64,000 nt of DNA from Nitrosopumilus sp. (GTDB lineage: Archaea; Thermoproteota; Nitrososphaeria; Nitrososphaerales; Nitrosopumilaceae), in NCBI GenBank assembly GCA_965249555.1, contig OZ252243.1:1728001-1792000 (forward strand). The letters are read 5' to 3'. The notes beneath the pieces are model-generated. The model saw only the letters and a program-made list of their open reading frames with translations. It ran no database searches and was not told where the DNA came from. The translations under genes were made by a program, and so were the position numbers. Position 1 is the stretch's first letter, and each line of letters starts with the position of its first letter. Shown piece by piece: positions 63,448 through 64,000 of this stretch.

Positions 63448-63965
63448 CTTCTTGCACTGGCTGTAACATAACACTTGGTTGGAAAAAATACAACTTCCAA
63501 AAACAGTGGCGTATTCATGGATACTTTTGCAAAGACTGTATGAAGAAAATTGCTCAAGACTTTGATGATCATGCAAAAATCACACTTCCTAAAAGAACAT
63601 GTGATTCATGCAAACAGGAATTCTTTTTCTTAACTACAACTTGGAAAAACAAACAACGCCATCGCTGTTGTCACGTTTGCAAAGATCTTGATTTTACTGA
63701 ATCATCAAGAGATGTTTTTTTGCCTCCAGTTCCTCCCAGAGTGCCCATGATGATGGCAATCTTTGCATCTTTTGGCGTATTGTTGATGATTACAGGATTT
63801 GCATATGTTTTATTGGTAGCACCACAACAAGATTCTAACATACTGCATATTATCATAGGAAGCTCTATGACTGGTGCAGGATTTATGTTAGCAAGAAAGA
63901 TGGTCAAAGTTCGTAATCTTATCCTGGGAAAAACTTCTCAATCTACAACTGCAGAATTAAGATAA
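63444..63965 (+). CDS. Zn-finger membrane protein
   Basis: Four CxxC pairs plus two C-terminal TM helices; ATGA-coupled to dur3. Confidence 0.7.
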   Translation: MTSCTGCNITLGWKKYNFQKQWRIHGYFCKDCMKKIAQDFDDHAKITLPKRTCDSCKQEFFFLTTTWKNKQRHRCCHVCKDLDFTESSRDVFLPPVPPRVPMMMAIFASFGVLLMITGFAYVLLVAPQQDSNILHIIIGSSMTGAGFMLARKMVKVRNLILGKTSQSTTAELR

Positions 63966-64000
63966 ACTTGGTAAACCCATATGGGCAGATGGGATAATTC

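Overview
AT-rich archaeal chromosomal segment. Gene content (thaumarchaeosortase, Alba, SMC, geranylgeranyl reductase, cofE, two DUR3-type urea transporters) points to a Nitrosopumilus-like ammonia-oxidising archaeon (inference). About 1-49.7 kb is mostly core genes: RNase P RNA, dinB/dpo4, dhs, ino1, smc, egtD/egtB, proS, serB, a sulfur cluster (tusA, cysteine synthase, trxB, thi4, sulfite reductase, rhodanese), a DRG GTPase and argS. It also holds two apparently identical 1241-bp IS3-family copies with intact 4-bp target duplications and several pseudogenes. Directly after argS is an approximately 7-kb accessory island (49.7-57 kb) with a frameshifted tyrosine integrase, an iteron-like repeat patch, an IS630 element and the best candidate for an undescribed system. 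That candidate is a minus-strand operon of a DNPH1/MilB-type nucleotide N-glycosidase, a YwgA-like protein and a thymidylate-synthase homologue carrying the cytosine-specifying Asp (dCMP-hydroxymethylase-like). It is bracketed by two paralogous MUG/TDG-family DNA glycosylases, one with Arg in place of the catalytic Asn. The window ends in a ParB-like / Lrp / urea-transporter cluster. All calls come from reading motifs by eye; no database searches were run.
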